Shown piece after piece: positions 18,501 through 26,970 of a stretch of 35,245 bases of DNA. The first letter of the stretch is position 1; the number at the start of each line of letters is the position of its first letter. Source of the DNA: a virus (Duplodnaviria > Heunggongvirae > Uroviricota > Caudoviricetes). A model generated the notes under the pieces. The model had not been told where the DNA came from and did not search any database. It saw only the letters and a program-made list of their open reading frames with translations. Where the stretch lies: IMG/VR virus record IMGVR_UViG_3300031998_000029, positions 79,666 to 114,910 of that record; one strand, given 5' to 3'. The translations under genes were made by a program, and so were the position numbers.

Positions 18501-20024
18501 TTAACCCCAATCATCCTTGTCTTCGGAAGACTGCTCTCCGCTATCTGTAAGCTCGCTCGGGTCTTTTTGCGGCGCTCCGCCCTCGTCCGTAGCTCCGCCG
18601 CCATCAACGTCGTCAGAACTCATTTGCGCCGAACTTCTTAATGGCTTAAACAGCTTAGGCAAGTCAAGCACCTCTCCCTCAAGGAAGCTCATGCTGTCCA
18701 GTTCTGCCTGTCCGATGCCTTGCGACGCCGCAAACGCAGATATTGTGGGCAGTCCGTATGTCGCTGCCTTTAAATACATGTCTCCGACTTCTTTGCGATT
18801 GAATGTGGACACGTCAAGGATATTTACCTTAAAATTCTTCCCGTAGCTCAAGCTCTGAATGAATCGATTGATCATATCCTGAACGCTTTTTACGATTCCG
18901 TATGTGATCGCCTGGTCTGCCTTTATTGACAAAAGGAGTGCGTTGGCGGACGGCTTTGTATTATTAAACAGATGAGACGAGACTCCGGCTGCGCTGTAAA
19001 GCGCCTGCTCTGCGTCCGCCACCGTGTCTGTGTCTCCGGTGTGAGTCTTTTCAAAACTTACCTTGCCTATATCCATCGGAGTAAGCACGGAGCCGACCTC
19101 TTCCGGAAGCACTGCGTCTAAGTTTTTCCAGAATTCTTTCGCCTTTTTAAGATCGATGCCCCACTCTCCGTCCTTCAGCGGTATCTTCATAAAAATCATC
19201 GCGTAGTTTTCAAGCGCGGTTCTGGCAAGTTTCAGCTCTTTATAGTCTTCAAGTTCAAATACTTCTCTTAAAAGACCCACAAAAGGAGGGATCGCATAGT
19301 CGAGGATATCTATATTGCACTTGATTGCAAACGAGGTAGGGGAGTCCAGCTCGATCCAGGGAGACAGCGCTCCTTCTTTGCTGTTTCTATAGATATTGTA
19401 TTTGATCCTAAACTCTTCGGGATAATTATCAAGAAGGTCGTCATGTATGTCAAAGTATGTGAAATTGAAAGAAACATTTGGAACGTTTCCTTCAATAGAA
19501 GAGATTTGGCAAAAATCACTTGGCAGTTGCTGAATCGCTATATGATCCTGAGTTATCCACAAAGTTCCGTAGAAGACGTCTTCCCTGAGACAAACCGTTA
19601 TAATCTTGGGTACCTGTGTCTTGATGCTCATTATTGAAAGAGTGTTTAGCACCCTGCGGTAGTTGAGCTTCGTAGTCCTTTCGTTGGCCTTCTGAGGGTC
19701 TATCCTGTACGGCTCTACTATATAAGCAAGATCCGTAAGTCCGGCAAAATACTGTATAAGCCTTCTGAAGTGGGAGCTTGCGTTATATATATATCTGATA
19801 GCTCTGCGAAGCTGCTTTTCGTACTTTCCCGGATGCCTGAGAAATTTTCTTATATCGTATTTGTTATATATGTAAAAAGGCGGCGCAGATGTGTGCTTGT
19901 TCAGGTCTCTGGTAATCAGACGGTTGATTATTGCAAATCGATCCGAAATTCCGATTAGCCCTGCGGGTACATCGTCGCTTTTAACTATATTATTGCCATC
20001 CCGAATATCCATTTCTTCCGTCAA
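18501..20024 (-). CDS. Portal protein
   Basis: 507 aa, immediately after TerL and before protease; helical with disordered acidic C-tail. Confidence 0.8.
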   Translation of the reverse strand: MTEEMDIRDGNNIVKSDDVPAGLIGISDRFAIINRLITRDLNKHTSAPPFYIYNKYDIRKFLRHPGKYEKQLRRAIRYIYNASSHFRRLIQYFAGLTDLAYIVEPYRIDPQKANERTTKLNYRRVLNTLSIMSIKTQVPKIITVCLREDVFYGTLWITQDHIAIQQLPSDFCQISSIEGNVPNVSFNFTYFDIHDDLLDNYPEEFRIKYNIYRNSKEGALSPWIELDSPTSFAIKCNIDILDYAIPPFVGLLREVFELEDYKELKLARTALENYAMIFMKIPLKDGEWGIDLKKAKEFWKNLDAVLPEEVGSVLTPMDIGKVSFEKTHTGDTDTVADAEQALYSAAGVSSHLFNNTKPSANALLLSIKADQAITYGIVKSVQDMINRFIQSLSYGKNFKVNILDVSTFNRKEVGDMYLKAATYGLPTISAFAASQGIGQAELDSMSFLEGEVLDLPKLFKPLRSSAQMSSDDVDGGGATDEGGAPQKDPSELTDSGEQSSEDKDDWG

Positions 20025-21504
20025 ACCCTGTCACCGTCCTTTCTTTTTGTTGTGGCGCTCTTATTACAAACATTTCCGCTCCATTGCAGTTGTTTCCTTG
20101 GCGCTTATTATATTTATTTTCAAGCTGTGTAGCTACGTAATAGTTGTACGATAAACTGGAATACCGGTCTTTCCGCATGCCAGACCTTTCAAATACACGC
20201 ACCTTCCCGCCGGCTTCTTCATGCTGAAGTTTTACCAGCTCGTCTATAAGCAGAGTGGTGTGTATATAAGGCAACTGAAACAGTATTCGCTCCGGGGGAT
20301 TCAAAGACCCATATCCGCGCAGTTCGCTCAGAAATTCATCCGCATCGTATTCGTTCACAAGGAGTCTGATTCTTCCGCTTCTGAATCCTTCTCTTAACAA
20401 AAAAGCACAATCCGAGTTGAATTGTGCACTGGCTTTAATAGCCCATATTACTTTGTCTGCGCCGGGAACCGTACATCTCGCGGCCATTTCGGTGTTATTG
20501 CAGCACGAAAGCGCCGGATATATCTCCCCGGTTTCCGGATCGACTATGTCTCTTGCAAGGCAGTCATATACCCCCATACCGAGGCCGCTTGCATCAAGCA
20601 CTATATAATCGCAGTGATACTCATCATACAGCTTTCTGATAGTAAGAGCCTGATCGTCGGTTCGTTTACCTTCCTGCGCATCACCATATACTATATTGCT
20701 TACAAATCGTCCTGCCTTGGTCGGCATAAGAGAATTAATAAAAATCGACGTTGCGTCGTTGTTGTTTTTCCTGCTTGACATTAACGCTATGTCGGCAGAC
20801 AGGATTCTTATTTCTCCGTTTTGCTTGGGCTGAATCCTGACCTGCTGTGAGCCCAGCACCTTTCCGGAAATATTATTCGGAAGCATTGGATATCGAATAT
20901 GTCTGTTCTTTGATATTGAATCGAAATCAAAGAACGCGCCGTCGGCCGAGCCGAAGAACTCGGCGCACATCTCCATGCTCCATTTTATTTCGCTGAAATC
21001 GCTTTCCGCCATTTCATCGGCTACAACTTCGGGATCAAGAAGTCCTTCAAGAATCGAAAGCTGATAGGGGAATCCGCAGACAAACTGTCTTCTTTGCGGG
21101 TCTATCATAGCTTTAAATGCGTCCAGGCATTTCGTATAAGACCAATGGTCTTTAAAGTATGCCGAACTAAGATACATAGTCATGTTCTTTTCCTTAGCAT
21201 ACTCTTCCTTGCGCTGTTCGTCGGTAAGTTCTTCATACCTGGGCATTCTGCGAAGGGTAAGGAATTTACGCAGAACTGTATCTATCGTATTCTTGGAAAT
21301 AAGACGATACTCGTCCAACAGCAGAACATGGCATCTGTTACCTCTTGCACTGTCGCTCGCCGTGACTACTTTAATAACACTGGTGTTAAAGAACACAATC
21401 TGAGCGTTGGTGCCGTTCACCTTCGATTGCTTCTCGTCTATCTCCGCACATAATTCCGGGGATATAGGTTTTAGCTCATACATAATTTTTTCGAGGACAT
21501 TTAT
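19990..21504 (-). CDS. terL: Terminase large subunit, exon 2 (504 aa: Walker B and nuclease domain)
   Basis: Begins ATA AAT GTC CTC GAA AAA ATT (INVLEKI) in frame with ORF 19990-21483; LLLDEY Walker B; nuclease acidic motifs SADIAL, VLDASG, KDRYSSL. Confidence 0.9.
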   Translation of the reverse strand: MNVLEKIMYELKPISPELCAEIDEKQSKVNGTNAQIVFFNTSVIKVVTASDSARGNRCHVLLLDEYRLISKNTIDTVLRKFLTLRRMPRYEELTDEQRKEEYAKEKNMTMYLSSAYFKDHWSYTKCLDAFKAMIDPQRRQFVCGFPYQLSILEGLLDPEVVADEMAESDFSEIKWSMEMCAEFFGSADGAFFDFDSISKNRHIRYPMLPNNISGKVLGSQQVRIQPKQNGEIRILSADIALMSSRKNNNDATSIFINSLMPTKAGRFVSNIVYGDAQEGKRTDDQALTIRKLYDEYHCDYIVLDASGLGMGVYDCLARDIVDPETGEIYPALSCCNNTEMAARCTVPGADKVIWAIKASAQFNSDCAFLLREGFRSGRIRLLVNEYDADEFLSELRGYGSLNPPERILFQLPYIHTTLLIDELVKLQHEEAGGKVRVFERSGMRKDRYSSLSYNYYVATQLENKYNKRQGNNCNGAEMFVIRAPQQKERTVTGFDGRNGYSGWQ

Positions 21505-22229
21505 CGTTTGTTATTTATTACATTTCTTCTGTTGCGAGATTGTGCTTGCATATTAGTCCATCTGCAATTTGACGGCTCATAATTTCCATTAACATCTATT
21601 CTGTCTATAGTACACTCTCCGTGAGCAGCTTTGTCGTCATATCCGTTTAAAAGTGCCCATTCTCTGAATGCCGCATAATCCTTTAGCCATTCATCGCAGA
21701 TTCTAATTCCACGTCCTCCATAGTATTGGTAGTCCTTCGAGTTTGGGTTATAACATCTATTTCGCATATTATAAAATACTTTATATAACCTTTCTTGTCT
21801 TCCGCCGTGTCTTTTATTGGTTCCAGCGCTTAGAGTTTCATCACGAAGACATCCGCAAGACTTTGTTTTGCCTGATGTAAGCTGACATGCGTCAACAATC
21901 GTCTCTGCTCCACAGTCACATCTGCAACGCCAGCGGACATGCTTGCTGCCGTTCGGAGCCGTGTAATCTTCTGCTCTGGATAATACCACAAGTCTGCCGA
22001 ACCTTTCACCAACTCTGTCTTTTAAAGACACACTGCTTACGATGTCTTTATTCAAACAACCGCAGGACTGTGTATGGCCGTTACGAAGACATTTTCCAAG
22101 TACAATCCTCTCATTGCCACAGTCACACCTACACAGCCACATAGTTCTACCATCTTTATTATTTGGAGCACGTCTTACAACAACGAATCTCCCAAATCTT
22201 TTTCCGGTTAAATCAATCGGATTTGGCAT
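21501..22229 (-). CDS. Intron-encoded HNH (His-Me finger) homing endonuclease
   Basis: 242 aa, SD GAGGTG; two CRCDCG...SCGC Zn repeats; RLY..FYNMRNRC...YGGRGIRIC.EW and TIDRIDVNGNYEPSNCRW HNH-like core; lies inside the intron. Confidence 0.85.
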   Translation of the reverse strand: MPNPIDLTGKRFGRFVVVRRAPNNKDGRTMWLCRCDCGNERIVLGKCLRNGHTQSCGCLNKDIVSSVSLKDRVGERFGRLVVLSRAEDYTAPNGSKHVRWRCRCDCGAETIVDACQLTSGKTKSCGCLRDETLSAGTNKRHGGRQERLYKVFYNMRNRCYNPNSKDYQYYGGRGIRICDEWLKDYAAFREWALLNGYDDKAAHGECTIDRIDVNGNYEPSNCRWTNMQAQSRNRRNVINNKR

Positions 22230-22555
22230 AATAACACCTCTGTAAATGTAATAAATTATCGAACGCCACTTCGATATTACTTGTATTTCTACAAGAACCA
22301 GACTATATCTTCACCCAAATAATGGGGTCTACCGCTTCGCGAAACCAGTCGCTTGTTTCGCTACTCCCTTCCGGGATAGTCGTTGAACCTTCCCCTGTTC
22401 GGGGCTTGGCTGCTGATTATCCAATCCATATTCTTTTCGGCTTTCGCGCTTGTCAATGTTTCAAGACTACGCTGTAGCGAATATGGCTCTAAGGACATTC
22501 CAGCAATTCAATAGATTGGTCATTTGCATTACTGCAAAAGCGGCCTATTTTACTA
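21505..22555 (-). mobile_element. Group I self-splicing intron (1051 nt, IA-type) interrupting terL
   Basis: P AAUUGCUGGAA (22498-22508), Q AAUCAGCAG (22410-22418), R GUUCAACGACUAU (22376-22388), S AAGAUAUAGUCU (22300-22311); P1 GGCU|UA...UAGGCC with U-G pair; terminal G at 21505; splicing restores GTRGQA-INVLEKI in frame. Confidence 0.93.
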
Positions 22556-22828
22556 AGCCTGTCCCCGTGTTCCCGACGCGATACAAACCTTTGTGCCTGG
22601 ATATAATATGCATCGAGTCACACAGTAAATCGCGCTGAGAAACGTCTTGCCTAAACCTCTGCATGCTATCACAATACATGTGGTGCACCAGAACATCATC
22701 GTCAGAAGTATTTTTTGAAACCGCTTCAGTTTTAGATGTAAGTAGTCTTCGGCAAATTTGTCTACGTTGTTTCTATAAAACGAACCCCAGTACGCAGCGC
22801 CCTCCATCACCCGTTGATATCTGCTCAT
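22556..22828 (-). CDS. terL: Terminase large subunit, exon 1 (91 aa: Walker A)
   Basis: SD GGAGAGG, ATGA overlap with upstream gene; ACRGLGKT Walker A; ends ...GGA CAG GCT at the 5' splice site. Confidence 0.9.
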
Positions 22829-23862
22829 GTTGAATCCTCTCCGGACTCATATCCCGGAGGCTCGTCCAGCATAATCTCTTCGAAGAAGCTCTCGTCGTCG
22901 TCTCCGTCGTATTCGGGCTTGTCGACCCTGAGCCTGGCGATCTCGTCTTCATACATCCTGGAATAAGCGTTCTTAAGACCAAGCATCTTACAGAGATGAC
23001 CCATCCATGTGAACACATATCGTCTCAAGCCGTTAACGTCTTTCAGATCGTCGTCTATTTCAGGCAGGGGTCGTTTGTTCTCATATCTGTAAAGCCAAAC
23101 CCCGAGGGGAGTGCTGGACAACGTGGAGTCCATTTCGTCCTGCTTTTTCTGTCCCGGCTTCAAATTGGCGCTTCCCAAGAGTCCCTCAAGCACCTTTACA
23201 TTTTTATCAACACTTCGGCCTGCGGCTCTGTCTCGGTTGATATCTATTTCCGTAGAACATATCTGTCTGATTAACGCCTCGGTGCCGATATCCAGTTCAT
23301 ATCCTTCGGGAAGCTTCGACATCCAGTATTTTCTTCTCTGTTCGAGTTCTGCGTACATTGCGGGCGTGTTGCCCGGCCCCCAGAAGGCAATTACTTCTTC
23401 CGGGATATCGTATTCATTTTCTGAGGTGTCTGTTTTGGGGTTGTCGTCTGCTGTCTCAATATCAACGACCGGGGCTGTCTCTATTTTGCCAAAAGACCAT
23501 AAAGTACCTTCGCCTGCAAGCGTATCGTCATACGACTTTCCCGCATATGTAATACTGCTTATTCTTGCGATATACTGAGTCATCATCGAACGGGTCGTGT
23601 TTTTCTTTTCAACCGAATTATATACAGATTCATTCCAGTACAAGTCGAGTTTCCTGCACATCTGTCTGACTGCGTCTTTTGCGTTTTTGCACTGAGACAG
23701 ATATGTATTGTACATCGTATCGATACATGTCTTGCAAATCGGTGTGTATCCCGTGCCTTTGTGCGTCTGCGCGTAGCTTACGGGAAAGTTGCCCTTTCGT
23801 CTTCCGAAGGCGGTTCCGCACTTATTACATATCGCACGATCCGTATTTACTTCAATGGGCAT
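22825..23862 (-). CDS. Zn-finger protein upstream of TerL, candidate terminase small subunit
   Basis: 345 aa; CNKCG and CKTC pairs; translationally coupled to terL; function by position only. Confidence 0.5.
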   Translation of the reverse strand: MPIEVNTDRAICNKCGTAFGRRKGNFPVSYAQTHKGTGYTPICKTCIDTMYNTYLSQCKNAKDAVRQMCRKLDLYWNESVYNSVEKKNTTRSMMTQYIARISSITYAGKSYDDTLAGEGTLWSFGKIETAPVVDIETADDNPKTDTSENEYDIPEEVIAFWGPGNTPAMYAELEQRRKYWMSKLPEGYELDIGTEALIRQICSTEIDINRDRAAGRSVDKNVKVLEGLLGSANLKPGQKKQDEMDSTLSSTPLGVWLYRYENKRPLPEIDDDLKDVNGLRRYVFTWMGHLCKMLGLKNAYSRMYEDEIARLRVDKPEYDGDDDESFFEEIMLDEPPGYESGEDST

Positions 23863-24329
23863 TACTCATCACTGTCCCCCTCGCCGTCTTCATCGAACAC
23901 GGGGAGCGGCTCTGTATACTGACCATCCTGCAAGGAAAGCTCGTACATCTTTGCACAAAAACGAAGTCTGTCTCCAAATGAAAACTTCGGGACATATCTT
24001 GCGGCGACATCTACCCATTCGTCGGATATCATACCGCGTGTTTTCCTAGCTTTTCTGTATCTAAGGCCGAGTGTTCCAAACCCGCGTATCGTCACGGGCT
24101 CTCCGCGTTTTAAAGAATCTTCGATAATGCTGAGACACGCATCGAGCACCGCATCGATGTCTTCTATCGTATACATTACGGTCTTATCCGTCTTCTTTAT
24201 AATAAAGTCTTTGGTATTCCCTTCATCGTCCGAAATATGGAAAACATGCTTCGGTGACGATATGGGTTTTCTAATGTTATTTTCGCGCATTGCTGTTGCA
24301 ATATGCCTAACAAGTTCCCTTCTATTCAT
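23862..24329 (-). CDS. HU/IHF-family histone-like DNA-binding protein with N-terminal insertion
   Basis: MNRRELV start, GEPVTIRGFGTL..R.RKAR and VPKFSFG motifs; SD AAGGAG. Confidence 0.85.
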   Translation of the reverse strand: MNRRELVRHIATAMRENNIRKPISSPKHVFHISDDEGNTKDFIIKKTDKTVMYTIEDIDAVLDACLSIIEDSLKRGEPVTIRGFGTLGLRYRKARKTRGMISDEWVDVAARYVPKFSFGDRLRFCAKMYELSLQDGQYTEPLPVFDEDGEGDSDE

Positions 24330-24351
24330 ATATTCTCCTTTAATTCATGTT

Positions 24352-25374
24352 TTATATATCTTCAAAATTTTTCTTATTCGGCACAGATATTTCTCCGTCC
24401 TTAAAGAACTGAGCTATCTGGTCGTCTTTGGAATTGTCATTGTAAATATTAAACATTTCGGATGACGTCCAGCCGATTATCTGCACAACAACGTTATCAG
24501 GTATCCCGGCTCTGGAAAGAGCAGATACAAAGAAATGTCTTAAAGAGTGCGGATAAAAGTCCTTGCCGGTTATGGAGCTGAACGTTTGCGCCCAGCTATT
24601 CAGTGTGGATATCTGTATCGGCAGAGACGGATCTTTACTGTCCGGGAAGAGCCAGTCGCTCTCGATACCAAGTTCATTTCGCTGCTTCATCCAGTTATCA
24701 AGGTAGGGTTTGAATTTCTTCGCAAGGGTGTAGCATTCAAGATACTTATTACCCTTGGTGAGAATAGGGGAGCTCTTATATAAAGCTCCGTCGCATACCA
24801 GCCTGTCTTCCGTAAAGTCGCTCAGCTTAAACCTGCATATCTCAGATTTTCTTCTCCCGCCGTACATTGCCAGCGCAACGAAGCAAGCCTTCTTGTACTG
24901 ACCGTTTTGAGTGAGCGTATCAAGAAGACTTTCAAGCTCTTCGTCTTCCCAGACGGTCTTTTCTCGCACGGTCTGAAGGGGAGGATTTTCTATTTTTCTT
25001 ACTATGGAACGATATCCCTCAAAATCAGGGTCGTCGTCAGAAAGTATGTTTTCACAGTAGTTTGATAACGAACTTATCGCAGCTTTTATCCTGCGGATTC
25101 TCGCACTCGAATTCTGATTTGAGATCAGCCAGTTCTGCAGTCCGATTAAGTCACGCTTCGTAAGCTTCTGAAAATCTTTATTGTCAAGATGCTCCATTAC
25201 ATATGTAAACACGATCAACAGGTCATTATCATATCCCGAAATTGTGCCGGGACTTCTTTGAACCGACTTAAGATATATAAGAAAATCGTCCTTTAAGCGA
25301 AGGTTGTTCTTGTTGATCTTTGCCGTTTTTTCATCGCTTGTTATTCTGTTCATAACAGTCTTGCGCCCCAACAC
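24352..25374 (-). CDS. Tyrosine recombinase (XerC/D-like)
   Basis: SAM-like N-terminal domain (RSPGTISGY); catalytic R (GRRKSEI), HSLRH, GW, terminal Tyr (FNIY). Confidence 0.88.
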   Translation of the reverse strand: MLGRKTVMNRITSDEKTAKINKNNLRLKDDFLIYLKSVQRSPGTISGYDNDLLIVFTYVMEHLDNKDFQKLTKRDLIGLQNWLISNQNSSARIRRIKAAISSLSNYCENILSDDDPDFEGYRSIVRKIENPPLQTVREKTVWEDEELESLLDTLTQNGQYKKACFVALAMYGGRRKSEICRFKLSDFTEDRLVCDGALYKSSPILTKGNKYLECYTLAKKFKPYLDNWMKQRNELGIESDWLFPDSKDPSLPIQISTLNSWAQTFSSITGKDFYPHSLRHFFVSALSRAGIPDNVVVQIIGWTSSEMFNIYNDNSKDDQIAQFFKDGEISVPNKKNFEDI

Positions 25375-25413
25375 AACTCACCCCCGTTCCGTTGATATGC
25401 GCTATATATAATG

Positions 25414-26622
25414 TTACAGTTGTATATCATAGGAACACATTATGCCATCCGAGTTGCAAACACATACAAGTTGTTCCGGCACTCCGTATATCCTTTTTTC
25501 AACACAAAAGTCATCCATGCCGAGGAATGACCCGGCCATGATCGTTTTAACTCCCTGAATACTGTCTATCTTGTTATGGTGTTTATGTCCCGAGAGCACA
25601 GCATACAGAGGCCTGCCTGCCATCTTCTGAAGATTTGAAATCTTATCCGGAGTTCCGTCAAAATCCCCGTGCACTCCGCAATACGTTTTGCCGCGAATGT
25701 CCAGGAGATACATGGTGCTGTCTATTTTATCGGCGCCGTTTATAACGACGTTTTCAAAGTCCTTGAGCCTAGCTGCCAGGTACCATTCGACAAGGTCGTC
25801 AAGTCTCTCGTCTATAGGAGAATTCTCCTTGGTGTCGAGTCTGCTGTGATTGCCTGATACGCTGACAAATTTAACGGTTTTAAAATGGGGACTGAGAACA
25901 GCCAGGAATGCAGAGATGATCTCGGACACACCCTTTATCTGTTCAATAATGTTTTCTCTGTTAGCAAGCTGTACGGTCAGATGTATCTTTCCGCTTATAC
26001 TGTCGCCGTTATTGAAAACAATACAGTTTTCGCTCCCGTGTCTTTTTGCTATATCGATGATCCTGTCGAGATACTTGCACATCATCAGTCTGCACTCTTC
26101 GGGGTTATATGTATTCCATGCGTTCGATACGTCCATTCCATAATGTATGTCGTTAAGGCTGACAAGCAGGTCGTTGTCGGACTGCTGAATATTCACCGGC
26201 TCATATTTCAGTTCCGGAAGATTGCCGGACTGTATGGACGATATGAGTATTTCGTTCAGCTCTTCCTGTCTGGCTCGTTCTCTTATTACTTTGTTTAGCG
26301 CGGTGCGCTGATCAAACATCTTCTGTCTTTCCTTGCGAAGTTCTAACATCTTCTCGTCTATCTCAGAGAGAAGATCTTCTTTGCCGTCGTCCCGCTCGAG
26401 CCTGTTAAGTTTGTCGGCTTCCAGAAGAGCAATCGTTCTTCTGCTCCCGTACATCATACGCCGGGCGACGTCACTCGAAAAAGACTCCCCGTATACCGCT
26501 TCGGATAATTCTGTGTAGTCCGAGTCTGACAGCGTTCTGTCTACAAGTTTTCCGTATATAAGCCTTTTGTGGTATTGGTACTGGGTTTCATCTTGCATTC
26601 TTTCCGGCAGTATGGAAACCAT
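25414..26622 (-). CDS. Calcineurin-like metallophosphoesterase with N-terminal helical/coiled-coil region
   Basis: DIHYG, GDSISG, GNHSR, HGD and GHKH metal-binding motifs; start uncertain (ATG 26622, ATA 26613, or track start 26667). Confidence 0.85.
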   Translation of the reverse strand: MVSILPERMQDETQYQYHKRLIYGKLVDRTLSDSDYTELSEAVYGESFSSDVARRMMYGSRRTIALLEADKLNRLERDDGKEDLLSEIDEKMLELRKERQKMFDQRTALNKVIRERARQEELNEILISSIQSGNLPELKYEPVNIQQSDNDLLVSLNDIHYGMDVSNAWNTYNPEECRLMMCKYLDRIIDIAKRHGSENCIVFNNGDSISGKIHLTVQLANRENIIEQIKGVSEIISAFLAVLSPHFKTVKFVSVSGNHSRLDTKENSPIDERLDDLVEWYLAARLKDFENVVINGADKIDSTMYLLDIRGKTYCGVHGDFDGTPDKISNLQKMAGRPLYAVLSGHKHHNKIDSIQGVKTIMAGSFLGMDDFCVEKRIYGVPEQLVCVCNSDGIMCSYDIQL

Positions 26623-26803
26623 CCCCCTTTGTTCTCGTATTGCTTTCTTCTCCGCGCAGCCTGTCAAGGAACTTCATAACTTGTCTGTTTTCTTCACAAT
26701 AATACTTATGCCTTTTCGATTTCTGCTTCATCGTTCTGGCAATGTATACATTCGGGAACCGTTCCCTGATGGCATCCTTTTCCATCTTGTTAATTGCAAC
26801 CAT
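26588..26803 (-). CDS. Small basic hypothetical protein, first gene of the late region
   Basis: 71 aa, SD GAAGGGTG, follows the terminator. Confidence 0.7.
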   Translation of the reverse strand: MVAINKMEKDAIRERFPNVYIARTMKQKSKRHKYYCEENRQVMKFLDRLRGEESNTRTKGDGFHTAGKNAR

Positions 26804-26901
26804 TTACACCCTTCATCCTTTTCTTCTTATTTATAGTTATTGGAAATAAAACGTCCTAAGTAATACCGGACGTGATATACCCATCATATAAGTATCTCAT
26901 C

Positions 26902-26940
26902 AAAAAACCCCGGATGCCCTGGGGCTCAGGGCATTCGGGG
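26902..26940 (-). terminator. Intrinsic terminator closing the RNA polymerase operon
   Basis: CCCCGGATGCCCTG-GGGCT-CAGGGCATTCGGGG 14-bp stem with one imperfect pair, followed on the minus strand by TTTTTT. Confidence 0.75.
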
Positions 26941-26970
26941 GTGTCTGTTTTTTCATGTCGGTTGATATAA

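Noticed and set aside
19990-22828. terL as a pseudogene, or as an intein-containing gene
   Set aside because: The insert starts with an in-frame stop, which excludes an intein, and it has a full group I core whose removal restores the frame exactly.
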